A stretch of DNA of 63,920 nucleotides, filler included, from Vicugna vicugna (GCA_013265495.1; 76 parts of 74 records of this genome joined end to end with filler, not necessarily neighbours in it), one strand, 5' to 3'; shown: positions 24,848 to 37,015, counted from the whole stretch's first letter. Program-made: numbers and translations. The notes: generated by a model from the sequence alone, not told the origin.

Positions 24848-25106
24848 NNNNNNNNNNNNNNNNNNNNNNNNNNNNNNNNNNNNNNNNNNNNNNGTGCTCT
24901 TCCCCCTTCCATCCTGTCTCACTGTGATGACACAGAGACAGCAAAGGCCAGGCCCTACCTGTGCTCCTGCATTTAAAGGCTGCAGGTTTGGGGTGGGCTT
25001 ATGATGACTCTGAGTGTTGAGAAGGATGTTTCAGATTTTCCCACGTGAGACATGGGGACCTGCCAGCAGCCACTGCAGATTTATCTCACGGGCATTATCC
25101 CTTGTG

Positions 25107-25253
25107 TTGTTATGGAAACAACAGGCCAGCCAAGAAACAAGAATCACTCAGAGGGTTGGAGTATTGAGATTTATTACGTTGCCGGGCTCAGAGGGGCTTC
25201 TTTTCCAGAGCTCTGAGCCCCTCCAAGATGTGCACATGATGTTTTATACGGTT
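25107..25253 (-). mobile_element. ERV LTR 3' end (antisense)
   Basis: Starts TGTTATGGAAACAACAGGCCAGCCAAGAAACAAG, a TG terminus. TTTATT is an antisense poly(A) signal. Resembles artiodactyl ERV1 LTRs. Confidence 0.55.
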
Positions 25254-26425
25254 NNNNNNNNNNNNNNNNNNNNNNNNNNNNNNNNNNNNNNNNNNNNTTA
25301 ATTAATTAANNNNNNNNNNNNNNNNNNNNNNNNNNNNNNNNNNNNNNNNNNNNTTTTTTTTTTTTTAGAAATAGAGGATTTTGAGAAGTAAGTGGACCCT
25401 ACCTGCTGGTTGGGCTTGTGTCACCCTAGTGAGAATGGGGCTCGTGTTTGCTAACAAGACATCTCTGCTGGGGCAGTAACTCGTGTGGCCATCCCGTGGG
25501 GGCCGCTCAATGGTACACATAGTGGAGGGTTCTGTGAGGGACACAGACAAACAGAATATGTCACCTGAACTCACGGGACCACTGCTTTGCTGACAGAGGC
25601 AAGAGGAACACATGCACAGTGGACTGTTCATACCTGGATGTGACATTGCATTAGTTTGCATGCAGAGTTAGTAAACTGCATGTCCAGTGACTGTAAAAAT
25701 TCCTGAGGGCAGTCATAACAAGAGAAGCTGACTGAAGAACAGGGAAACAAAGTATAGAAAAGGGGGACTAGAAGGAGTGAAGAGTTCACTGCTTGGTTTT
25801 GGTTCATTTTTCTGTTAACTTTTCAGACAAGATCTCATTTTCTGCCTTATTAGCCACAGAGTCCTTTCAAGTTCCTGTCTGGTGGAATCCCAATTATTAT
25901 ATTATATATATAATGATATGTAATATAATATAATTGCTATTATATTGCAGCAATCTTATGCTATAATTTTATCTTCTGTTTACTAGATTTCCTATTCATG
26001 ACCTGCTTCTGAACTAGAGGATAAATTCATTTTGAATTTCAGATTTTGGAGGTTGAATTACTGCTATGTGTTTGGCCAGATTGATTAGTTACTACATTTT
26101 ACAATAATGTACTTATTGCATACATTACAGTAGTGATGAGACCAGCCTCCTGGAGTGGATAATAAGCAGAACTTACACTGTTAGGGGGTCTAGGACGCCA
26201 TTATGGAGAGACAAGCCCATGGCTTTAGCATCAGTCTGGGAGAACAAGATAATTAAGTTGCCCAGTCAGGACGTTACAGCAGTAATCTAGATTGTGAAAT
26301 TTTACATTATACATTTAGACTATGANNNNNNNNNNNNNNNNNNNNNNNNNNNNNNNNNNNNNNNNNNNNTTAATTAATTAANNNNNNNNNNNNNNNNNNN
26401 NNNNNNNNNNNNNNNNNNNNNNNNN

Positions 26426-27047
26426 ATTTACTTCAGTAATTTCATCTCTCCTTTTTTGAAATCATGATATCATAGGCTATAAATCCCTATTTAACTGATC
26501 ATTCTTTCAGGGGATTTCTCTTGTTCTTTTAATTGCAACTTGTTTCTCTGCTTATTCATCTTGCTCCTACCTCTCTGGCACTGTGGTTTATGGAGTATCA
26601 GTTATCTACTGTGGTCCTAAAAGAGTTTATCTACACAGTAATACAACTAAGAAAAGAGAAAATTGAGAGAGAGAGATAAAGAATTTTAAAGAATGGAGAA
26701 ATAAAGGTTTGAAGGCATTGTATAATAAATAATATAAAAGTAAGTTGAAGCACAATTTTGAAAAATAATAGTAATAAAAATATTTTTAAAAATTTCAAAG
26801 GGATTAAAATGGGGGTATTTATAATTGCAGAAAAAGTAAAAATTAAGAGGGTAATAGAAAATGGAACAGGTGAAAACAGATTAAAACAAGGGGGTGTTAA
26901 GTTTCCTCCTGGATATTGTGTACTTTTAATGTGAACTCTTTCTCTATTCATCCTGTTTTGGAAGCTCAACTTGCTTTTTACATTGGCCCTCCATTGGAGC
27001 CGGCCTCTGTGCTGCTCCCAGGGCCTGTCAGCAAGCAGATCACTCCT
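26426..27047 (-). mobile_element. Probable L1 5'UTR/ORF1-start region
   Basis: Antisense purine-rich ORF1-like sequence (26426-26600), then an AT-rich block homologous to 5149-5577, then more GC-rich sequence. Confidence 0.5.
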
Positions 27048-27147
27048 NNNNNNNNNNNNNNNNNNNNNNNNNNNNNNNNNNNNNNNNNNNNTTAATTAAT
27101 TAANNNNNNNNNNNNNNNNNNNNNNNNNNNNNNNNNNNNNNNNNNNN

Positions 27148-28000
27148 CTTCCCCGAACACGGAATACCTGTGACTGACGAGAGCTGCGTGGAATTGTCTC
27201 CCGAGCTCCCCCACGTAGTGACAATTGTTCCGGAATCCTGAGCGTGGGGAGGTTCCAGCAACCGTCGGCAGCGCGTGGGTTCTAACGAAATGCCTAAGCT
27301 CGTCTCCCCTGAGGTGTTTCCATAATTTCTCTGAGCCAGGGAATGCTAGGGGGGTTTGCAGGATATCCCAGTGGCAGAGGCTACATCCCCCAGGTCAGGG
27401 AATGTCTTTCTCAGACTTCCCCGAACAGGGAACACCAGTGACTGAAGACAGCTGCGTGGAGTTGTCTCTCGAGCTTCCCCACGCACTGTCAATTGTTCCG
27501 GAATGCTGAGGGTGGGGAGGTTACACCAACGGTCGGCATCGCGTGGGTTCTAACGGAACGCCTAAGCTCGTCTCCCCTGAGGATTTTCCTAATGTCTCTG
27601 TGCCAGGGAATGCTAGGGGGGTTTGCAACTTGGGATCTAACTTAATGCTTAAGCTCGTCTCCCCTGAGGGTTTTCCTAATGTCTCTGTGCCAGGGAAAAC
27701 TAGGGGGTTTTGCAGGATATCCCAGTGACATAGGCTGCCTCCCCAAGATCAGGGAAGTTATTTCTCGGACTTCCCCGAACAGGGAACACCTGTGACTGAA
27801 GACAGCTGCGTGGAGTTGTCTCTCGAGCTCCCCCACGCACTGACAATGGTTCCGGAATCCTGAGCGTGGGGAGGTTCCCCCAAAGGTCGGCAGCGCGTGG
27901 GATCTAACGGAATGCCTAAGTAAGACTCCCCTGAAGGTTTTCCTATTGTCTGTGTGCCAGGGAAAACTAGGGGGTTTTGCAGGATATCCCAGTGACAGAG
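27148..28000 (-). repeat. Satellite A including one 87-bp truncated unit
   Basis: AAGCTCGTCT at 27564 and 27651. Confidence 0.95.
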
Positions 28001-28100
28001 NNNNNNNNNNNNNNNNNNNNNNNNNNNNNNNNNNNNNNNNNNNNTTAATTAATTAANNNNNNNNNNNNNNNNNNNNNNNNNNNNNNNNNNNNNNNNNNNN

Positions 28101-28530
28101 ATTTGGAACACCTGTGCCCCCATAAAGTTGCATGGAATGTCTTTCCCAGCTCCAGAACACACACGAAGTCTTCAGATATCCTTATTGTTGGGTGGCTCCT
28201 CACAATGACCGCAACGCCTGGGTTCTTATAGAATCCCTTAGCTTGTATTACGAGGGTTTCCCTGGTCCAGGATGTGAGGGAAAGATGTTGGTTGGGCTTG
28301 GAGGCCAAGTAGANNNNNNNNNNNNNNNNNNNNNNNNNNNNNNNNNNNNNNNNNNNNNNNNNNNNNNNNNNNNNNNNNNNNNNNNNNNNNNNNNNNNNNN
28401 NNNNNNNNNNNNGGGGCTGTACATCTCTCCCACACCTAAGAATGTGTTCTGGAACCCTGAGTGCATGGAAGTTCCTCCAACTGAGAGCAGTGCCTGTGTT
28501 TAAATTGAATCCCTGTGCTTGTCTTCCCTG
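28101..28530 (-). repeat. Satellite C fragment
   Basis: Reverse complement closely matches 43698-43915. Confidence 0.85.
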
Positions 28531-29831
28531 NNNNNNNNNNNNNNNNNNNNNNNNNNNNNNNNNNNNNNNNNNNNTTAATTAATTAANNNNNNNNNNNNNN
28601 NNNNNNNNNNNNNNNNNNNNNNNNNNNNNNGTAGGTGTCATCGGGAGTAAAGGGCACCACATGCACAACTGAATCAAAGCTTGGGGGTTATTTCATGTTT
28701 CAATTAGTTATTTCATAGTTCCTGTTGGTTTCGGAGGCTTCAACAGTAAAGAGTTGACATGACCCCTTTAACAGTTCGGACTGCTAGTTTGCATTCTATC
28801 TGTCTATGTTTTCCTTAGAGCTGACAAAATGTTACCGAAATNNNNNNNNNNNNNNNNNNNNNNNNNNNNNNNNNNNNNNNNNNNNNNNNNNNNNNNNNNN
28901 NNNNNNNNNNNNNNNNNNNNNNNNNNNNNNNNNTTAAATTTTTAAAGACTGCAAATGAGATATCAACACAATGTCAAAACTGGAGTCTTCGGACAATCCC
29001 TCCCACCACGGATGTATAGAAACAAAGAGATAAAAAAAAAATCACATTTCTGTGAAATGTATCTGGAAAGTGTTGATTCATCTATGCCCAGTTGACAGAA
29101 AAGCATTGCAACCTGCGCTCACTCGCTCCCATGAACACAGCAATGGAAACATCCACTCACCCAGGCCTTGGCACAAGACACATGCCGAAGAGAGGTCTGT
29201 TACTTCTAAAGACAGGATGAGGCTTCAGAACACCTGGAAGCAGGAGAAGGAAAAGCAGGGAATGGATACCAGTGCATGGTCTGAGCCCTGTTGATGGAGC
29301 AGTAAAGGTGAAACTCTCTTTAACTTGGACGCATACTCTGAAGCGGACGGGAGACTTGGGATTGAAGGTGATGTGCTGATAGTTAGAAGAGTGCACAGCA
29401 GATGCTTGGCTGACAGAACTCAAAGAATCCAGTGCAAAATATCCCCACAGTTGATTCTGAGACCAAGATCCGAGCTGCCAAATTTGAGGTAGCAGAGGCA
29501 GCGTTCAGGGAGNNNNNNNNNNNNNNNNNNNNNNNNNNNNNNNNNNNNNNNNNNNNNNNNNNNNNNNNNNNNNNNNNNNNNNNNNNNNNNNNNNNNNNNN
29601 NNNNNNNNNNNNAACCGACCTGCCAAAGAGCATGAAACCAACCTGGCGCGCGCAGTTGAATTATCGATATTTCCCATGGCCAGAGCCAGTGCATCTGCAG
29701 GACCAGAGAACAATTTGGCATTTTGCCATTANNNNNNNNNNNNNNNNNNNNNNNNNNNNNNNNNNNNNNNNNNNNTTAATTAATTAANNNNNNNNNNNNN
29801 NNNNNNNNNNNNNNNNNNNNNNNNNNNNNNN

Positions 29832-30846
29832 ACTGGGATTGCCTGCAAATACCCCTAGCATTCCCTGTCAGAGAGACATTAGGAAAACCCCCAGGGGAGG
29901 CGAGCATATGCATTCCGTTAGAGCCCACGCGCTGCCGATCGTTGGTGGAACCTCCCCACACTCAGGGTTCCGGAAGCATTCTCAGTGCGTGGGGGATCAC
30001 GAGGGACAAAACCACGCAGCTCTCTTCAGTCACAGGTGGGTTCCCTGTACGGGGAAGTCCGAGAAATACCTTCCCTGACCTTGGGGAGGCAGCCTCTGTC
30101 ACTGGGATTGCCTGCAAATCCCCTAGAATTCCCTGGCAGAGAGACATTAGGAAAACCCTTAGGGGAGGTGAGCTTAGTCATTCCGTTACAACCCACGCGC
30201 TGCCGACGATTGGTGGAACCTCCCCACGCTCAGGGTACCGGAAGCATTCTCAGTCCGTGGGGGAGCCCGAGAGACAANNNNNNNNNNNNNNNNNNNNNNN
30301 NNNNNNNNNNNNNNNNNNNNNNNNNNNNNNNNNNNNNNNNNNNNNNNNNNNNNNNNNNNNNNNNNNNNNNNNNNNNNNNNNNNNNNNNNNNNNNNNNNNN
30401 NNNNNNNNNNNNNNNNNNNNNNNNNNNNNNNNNNNNNNNNNNNNNNNNNNNNNNNNNNNNNNNNNNNNNNNNNNNNNNNNNNNNNNNNNNNNNNNNNNNN
30501 NNNNNNNNNNNNNNNNNNNNNNNNNNNNNNNNNNNNNNNNNNNNNNNNNNNNNNNNNNNNNNNNNNNNNNNNNNNNNNNNNNNNNGTTCGGGGAAGTCCG
30601 AGAAATACCTTCCCTGAAATTGGGGAGGCAGCCTCCGTCACTGGGATTGCCTGCAAACCCCCCTAGCATTCCCTGGCAGAGAGACATTAGGAAAACCCTC
30701 AGGGGAGATGAGCTTAGGCATTCCGTTAGAACACACGCGCTGCCGACAATTGGTGGAACCTCCCCACGCTCAGGGTACCTGAAGCATTCTCAGTCCGTGA
30801 TGGAGCCCGAGAGACAAAACCACGCAGCTCTTTTCAGTCAAAGGTG
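29832..30846 (+). repeat. Satellite A subfamily (~268-bp monomer)
   Basis: CCTCCCCAC at 29951 and 30219. Fixed variants CAGGGT[T/A]CC.GAAGCATTCTC, GGATTGCCTGC and ACAAAACCAC. Confidence 0.93.
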
Positions 30847-30946
30847 NNNNNNNNNNNNNNNNNNNNNNNNNNNNNNNNNNNNNNNNNNNNTTAATTAATT
30901 AANNNNNNNNNNNNNNNNNNNNNNNNNNNNNNNNNNNNNNNNNNNN

Positions 30947-31473
30947 TTTTCTATCACCAGGTTCTAAAATCGGACATTTGGCACCTGAAAAAAACTCTTT
31001 GAGCAAATTCCCATCAATACACATGTAATTTACATTGTTTAAATTACCATGGAATTCCGTATTCTGAACATCTGTCATACATCAATGATTCCTCAAACAT
31101 GCATTTCTGAGTTTTGATTATGCGCATGACTCATGTTTCAACCACCATAAAATTTACCTATGCACTTTGGAATATTTACTTTGACTTCATAGCTTCTCCC
31201 TTTCACCTGTTTCATGAATCACACTTTTATCCCAGAAAAACACTCTTGGAGCGAATACGACCCTAGAGAATTTTAATTTGAATAGATTCCATCAACATGA
31301 TATTCCGTGTTCAGTAAAAGCTACATGCATGACGGATTCGACAAACATGCATTCCTGAGTTGAGAGCATGTGGATTACTGATCTTTCATCCTCTATAAAA
31401 GGAAGAGTTTAATCTCGACAATGACACTTGTATTCATTTTCACAAGCTTTCCCTAACACCACTTTCGAATTTG
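30947..31473 (+). repeat. Satellite B
   Basis: Matches 2170-2458 and continues into the equivalent of 1583-1940, showing the 740-bp unit is circularly permuted and tandem. Confidence 0.9.
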
Positions 31474-31573
31474 NNNNNNNNNNNNNNNNNNNNNNNNNNN
31501 NNNNNNNNNNNNNNNNNTTAATTAATTAANNNNNNNNNNNNNNNNNNNNNNNNNNNNNNNNNNNNNNNNNNNN

Positions 31574-31833
31574 GCATACTGATATCCAGGAGAACTCTCT
31601 TCCCCAAGTCAGAATTCAATCTCATTTTATAGTAAAAAGCGGAGGGGTTGTGGTCGGTTGTTGCAAACTTCTTGCTGTACGAATTGTTTGTCCTTGAAAT
31701 CCTTTGTTCTTGCAGCTGTCCATGTGGGTCAAATCATGGTGTCCCCGTAAAACCTCTAAAAAAAAAAATAGGTTATTCTCTATTTTGCAACTTGCCATCT
31801 CTACGTAAGTGTAGAAGAGCTAACATCCTTAAA
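31574..31833 (-). mobile_element. ERV1-class LTR fragment
   Basis: GTTGTTGCAAACTTCTTG...AATCCTTTGTTCTTGCAGCTGTCCATGTGGGTC...GTTATTCTCTATTTTGCAAC resembles laurasiatherian ERV1 LTRs (recognised from memory). Confidence 0.55.
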
Positions 31834-32749
31834 NNNNNNNNNNNNNNNNNNNNNNNNNNNNNNNNNNNNNNNNNNNNNNNNNNNNNNNNNNNNNNNNNNN
31901 NNNNNNNNNNNNNNNNNNNNNNNNNNNNNNNNNNNNNNNNNNNNNNNNNNNNNNNNNNNNNNNNNNNNNNNNNNNNNNNNNNNNNNNNNNNNNNNNNNNN
32001 NNNNNNNNTCATAAATAATTTTAGTAAGAAACATGAGCAATTTTTTTGTTTTTGCTTCTTAATTACGGATATGTGGGCCAACTACAGTTTTGTGAGCAGG
32101 GATGCTGTGCGTGCCTTGGGGTCACAGCAAACTCTTCTTGGGGGTGGCCGACCCTGCAACATGTCTGAATCCCCGTGACTGTTGGTGAGAGTGCCCCTAA
32201 CCAGGGGCTATCTTCAAGAACTAGCATATTGGCATTGACATCTGGAGACCTCTTTTTCAGCTGCAGGNNNNNNNNNNNNNNNNNNNNNNNNNNNNNNNNN
32301 NNNNNNNNNNNTTAATTAATTAANNNNNNNNNNNNNNNNNNNNNNNNNNNNNNNNNNNNNNNNNNNNCATTTCCTTGCTCTGTAGCATACACCGTGATAC
32401 GCCTTTCCGTGCATAAGGAGTTCATTTGGAAGTCCCTGGCATTGTTTCTGATGTCCTAACTTGGCATGGTGGCTGTCGGGCAGGAAGAGAGGGCCTGAGC
32501 CGAACAGGTGCTGGGCCTGGGAGGCAGGAGACACCGTCTCCAGCCCCAGCTCAACCAGGGTCTCGTTCTGCCTCTCGGGATTCAGCATCTCATTTATAAG
32601 CAAAGGGATGAGACTGTCCCAGGACGGGCTGCCCAACAGAAATGAAATGAGAGCCATGTAAAGAAAGTTTCCCAGTTGCCAAGTTTAAAATTGTAAACAA
32701 AGAAACAAACCAACAAACAAAAAATAAATACTAGAAACTGATTTTAAGA

Positions 32750-32940
32750 ACAGATCTTACTTAATATACTGTATGTAAAATACTAACATTTTGACATGTA
32801 ATCAATATAGGAAGTAACGAGATAGTTTATANNNNNNNNNNNNNNNNNNNNNNNNNNNNNNNNNNNNNNNNNNNNNNNNNNNNNNNNNNNNNNNNNNNNN
32901 AGTGCTCCTAAATGGATGTGGCTACTTTACTGGACAGCAA
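32750..32940. mobile_element. MER3/MER33-like hAT-Charlie DNA transposon fragment, gapped
   Basis: AAAATACTAACATTTTGACATGTAATCAATAT and the terminal AGTGCTC...ATGTGGCTAC...TGGACAGCA. Confidence 0.65.
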
Positions 32941-33138
32941 CTCCAGGGGTCCCATCATGGTCCTGGATGAAAAGCGGGATTAAGTGTCCACAATAACCCT
33001 AAAAGGATCTCTCTGAAACAAAGGGGGATTCACTTTGANNNNNNNNNNNNNNNNNNNNNNNNNNNNNNNNNNNNNNNNNNNNTTAATTAATTAANNNNNN
33101 NNNNNNNNNNNNNNNNNNNNNNNNNNNNNNNNNNNNNN

Positions 33139-33995
33139 ATTCTACATTGTAAATTCTGTATTCTGTACTCTATATTCTAAATTGTTTGTTCTGAATCGCA
33201 TGTTGAAAATTCTGTATTCTGTATACTGCATTCTATATTCTATATTCTGTGTTCTACATTCTATATCCTACATTTTATATTCTGTATTCTATATTCTATA
33301 TTCTGTATTCTGCAATCCATGACTAAATTCTGGGTACTNNNNNNNNNNNNNNNNNNNNNNNNNNNNNNNNNNNNNNNNNNNNNNNNNNNNNNNNNNNNNN
33401 NNNNNNNNNNNNNNNNNNNNNNNNNNNNNNNNNNNNNNNNNNNNNTATTCTACATATTCAGTATTCTGTATTCTATATTCTAAATTGCTTTCTGAATTCC
33501 ATGTTCTAAATTCTGGGTTCCTCATTCTATATTCTGTTTTCTGTATTCTAAGTTCTATATTCTGTTTTCTGCATTCCATGTCTAAATTCTGGGTTCTGTA
33601 ATCTGTATTATATATTCTATAATCTGTGTTCTACATTCTGTATTCGACATTCTATATTCTGTATTCTGTATTCTATATTCTACATTGTGTTCTGCATTCC
33701 ATTTTCTCAATTCTGGGTTCTGAATTCTGTATTCAAAATTGTATATTCTGTATTATGTATTCTATATTCTATATTCTGTGTTCTATATTCTGTATTCTAC
33801 ATTCTGCATTCTGTATACTATATTCTTTATTCTGTGTTCTAATTTCTATATTCCACATTCTATTTCTGTATTCTATATTCGAGATTCTGTGTTCTGAATT
33901 CTATGCTATTATTTCTGTATTCTATATTCGAGATTCTGTGTTCTGAATTTTATGCTCTAAATTCTTCGTTCTTTATTATGTATTCTATATACTAT
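33139..33995 (-). repeat. Satellite E (7-bp)
   Basis: Heptamer array on the minus strand. Confidence 0.95.
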
Positions 33996-34139
33996 NNNNN
34001 NNNNNNNNNNNNNNNNNNNNNNNNNNNNNNNNNNNNNNNTTAATTAATTAANNNNNNNNNNNNNNNNNNNNNNNNNNNNNNNNNNNNNNNNNNNNTATTA
34101 GTCTGCTAGAAGTTCTCACACAGCTCACTGTTATGCTGT

Positions 34140-34420
34140 TAAGTTATTCAGTCTACTTTTATTGGGTTTCCTTTTGCCTATCTTTTGTTATCATGTCAAC
34201 AGGTTGATCAATATTTTTTCTGTAGTTTCTAATTTGCTATTAATACATTCCTGTGCATTTTCCTTCTTAGAAATTGTATTTTTTACCACTAGAGGTTTGG
34301 CCTGAACCTTTCTTATGTGTTCTTTGTGTTTACTTAGCATGCTTAATATTTTTTCTACCATCTTTAACGTATGAAGAATGGTTATATTAGCTGTCTAGGA
34401 TCCTTTTTAAAATAATTCTG
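34140..34420 (-). mobile_element. Ancient L1M ORF1-region fragment
   Basis: TCTAATTTGCTATTAATACATTCCTGTGCATTT...ATTGTATTTTTTACCACTAGAGGTT...TACTTAGCATGCTTAAT is typical of antisense old L1M ORF1. Confidence 0.6.
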
Positions 34421-34611
34421 CCATAAATATATTTCAAGTTTTGTTTCTAATTTTAAATGTAAAATGTTTTTCTTTTGTATTGTGTAATAGGCAAAATTAT
34501 GTAATTCAGTAAACTACCATAAATATATTTCAAGTTTTGTTTCTAATTTTAAATGTAAAATGTTTTTCTTTTGTATTGTGTAATAGGCAAAATTATGTAA
34601 TTCAGTAAACT
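34421..34611 (+). repeat. Exact ~95-bp tandem duplication (96-bp period)
   Basis: CCATAAATATATTTCAAG...TTCAGTAAACT at 34421 and 34517. Confidence 0.93.
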
Positions 34612-36226
34612 TTTTAAGNNNNNNNNNNNNNNNNNNNNNNNNNNNNNNNNNNNNNNNNNNNNTTAATTAATTAANNNNNNNNNNNNNNNNNNNNNNNNNN
34701 NNNNNNNNNNNNNNNNNNACCAAGCTACCCAACTATGTCACTTTGTCTCCCAAAAAAGAAAGTGAAGTCCATAAAACAGTAGACAACTACATAGTCACCT
34801 CTGAATTCCTAGCATATAGTAATGTCAATAAATAGAACTATGATTATGGCTACTTTCCTTTAAATACTTTCTGGTTATTTAAATGAGACTTTGGAAGAGA
34901 TGTGTTTGCGGTCCAGTATCTTGATCCACTAGACTCTGGAGGCCTTTTTCGGAATGCCTGTTCACTGATTCATTCATAACACAACTTCTCAATCAAGGAG
35001 TAGCTCTGCTTTTCTGCCAGGAGGCTAGGGTCACTCTCATGGCAGAACAGCTTTAAACTAAATGCTTACTTTGGATTTCTTATTTTTCCCTCTTCCAACT
35101 TAATTGACTTTCCTTACTTTCTTGCCTTGAGGAATTATTTTTTTCCTATTTCACCCATTCGTAAACCAAGATTCTCGGTAAGGGCTTGGCCGATAATATG
35201 ATCAGCCATCCAACTCCCAGAATGATGGCCTGGGGCTCCCCTCCTGCACTCCTTTCAAGGCAACTGAAATTCAGTTCAGGAGCCAACTGGCACCCCAGGN
35301 NNNNNNNNNNNNNNNNNNNNNNNNNNNNNNNNNNNNNNNNNNNTTAATTAATTAANNNNNNNNNNNNNNNNNNNNNNNNNNNNNNNNNNNNNNNNNNNNT
35401 AGCACAACATGGTGACAGAACTCCCTTTGTCCTGTTTGACACCTATAGGGACACAGGATCATCTTTGCCTTCAACCTGGCTGAGAGGCAGTTTCAGTTAG
35501 CTGCTGAAGGATGCTCTGACCCCTTGATGTTTAAAGCTGTGGTGGTTTATGCACTTATGAAACCCTACGATCATGGAGGCAGTCCTTGCCTCCTGTGAGC
35601 TAAAGAAATTTCTGCTTGGCATGTTAACAAGTTATTCCACTGAAACTTTGTTTCCACATCAAGAATTAATCTCCCCTTTCTCTATGCGTTTTCACTCTTA
35701 CTGTTGTTTTAAGTAGCTCATCATTCAAGCAGACTTGCATTACCATTTCTCCAAAGGCAGTGAGTGTGTCTTGTTCATCTTTGATTNNNNNNNNNNNNNN
35801 NNNNNNNNNNNNNNNNNNNNNNNNNNNNNNNNNNNNNNNNNNTATCAAATAGACTCTAGGTTGGTGTACCTGCACACTGTCTAACATGGCCTATGTTGGT
35901 TCTATTCTTTATTGAGTTGTAAGTATTGATACATTTGTATACTTCTCCATGAGCAGAAAGAAGCCACCTTGTCCCTAGTCTGAAACCTAAAGGAGGCGTT
36001 TGTGACCTGTTTTTCCCCCTTTATGATGTAATCTTTAGCAGTGGGTTTTGTTCAGAAATGGCTTTTTCTTCCACTGTGCCGTCACAGAGGAGGGGCCCAT
36101 TAGCCTTTGACTGCCACAGCCGTCCCNNNNNNNNNNNNNNNNNNNNNNNNNNNNNNNNNNNNNNNNNNNNTTAATTAATTAANNNNNNNNNNNNNNNNNN
36201 NNNNNNNNNNNNNNNNNNNNNNNNNN

Positions 36227-37015
36227 GCTTTTGAACACATTCATCTCTCAGAACTGAGCATGGAGAGAGCCATTCATTCATCTAGGATGAGGGAAGTGGG
36301 TTGCAGTAGAAACACTTAATCTGGTTTCTCATTATTTTTCCTAGGTCCGGTTTGAATTTCATGCAATTTCCACTGTAAAACCAAGTTGGTGCTAGTATCT
36401 CACCATATAGATATTGTGTAGTTTCCAATAGAAAAGAAACTGTGTTTTCCCAACAAGCTAGTTGTTTGATGGCTTTCACACACATTCAACTNNNNNNNNN
36501 NNNNNNNNNNNNNNNNNNNNNNNNNNNNNNNNNNNNNNNNNNNNNNNNNNNNNNNNNNNNNNNNNNNNNNNNNNNNNNNNNNNNNNNNNNNNNNNNNNNN
36601 NNNNNNNNNNNNNNNNNNNNNNNNNNNNNNNNNNNNNNNNNNNNNNNNNNNNNNNNNNNNNNNNNNNNNNNNNNNNNNNNNNNNNNNNNNNNNNNNNNNN
36701 NNNNNNNNNNNNNNNNNNNNNNNNNNNNNNNNNNNNNNNNNNNNNNNNNNNNNNNNNNNNNNTTAATGTAGCATAAAGGGATTGAGGAGCCATAGAAACA
36801 CTTAATGTGATTTCTCAGTATGCTTCTTAGTGTCAGTTTCAAGTTCATGCACTTTTCTCTGTTAAACCGAGTTGGAGCTAGTACCTCCCCATATATATTT
36901 ATGTCGTGTATTTTCCCACTGAAAAGAAACTGTGTGTTCCCAACTAGCTAGGTGATTGACGGCTTTCATTCACACTCAGCTGTCAGAATTGAGCATGTGG
37001 AGAGGCGTTCGTTCA
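36227..37015 (+). repeat. Satellite D (~245-bp monomer), gapped
   Basis: GCTTT..ACACATTCA at 36227 and 36472 (245 bp). The post-gap contig 36763-37015 is another diverged copy. Confidence 0.85.

Noticed and set aside
24894..24926. Minus-strand CACAGTG resembling an RSS heptamer
   Set aside because: There is no upstream V-domain (no YYC motif), and the nonamer position runs into a gap without a convincing match.
29280..29731. Several overlapping 60-110 codon open frames
   Set aside because: No recognisable motif or clear splice signals, and the region is interrupted by a gap.
33626..33946. Hydrophobic Tyr/Ile/Phe/Cys-rich ORFs (also 3197, 14317, 20792, 45964) resembling membrane proteins
   Set aside because: They are translations of the pyrimidine strand of the 7-bp satellite, which is naturally poor in stop codons.
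35400..36126. LTR/ERV-like composition
   Set aside because: I could not assign it to a family or find termini with confidence.
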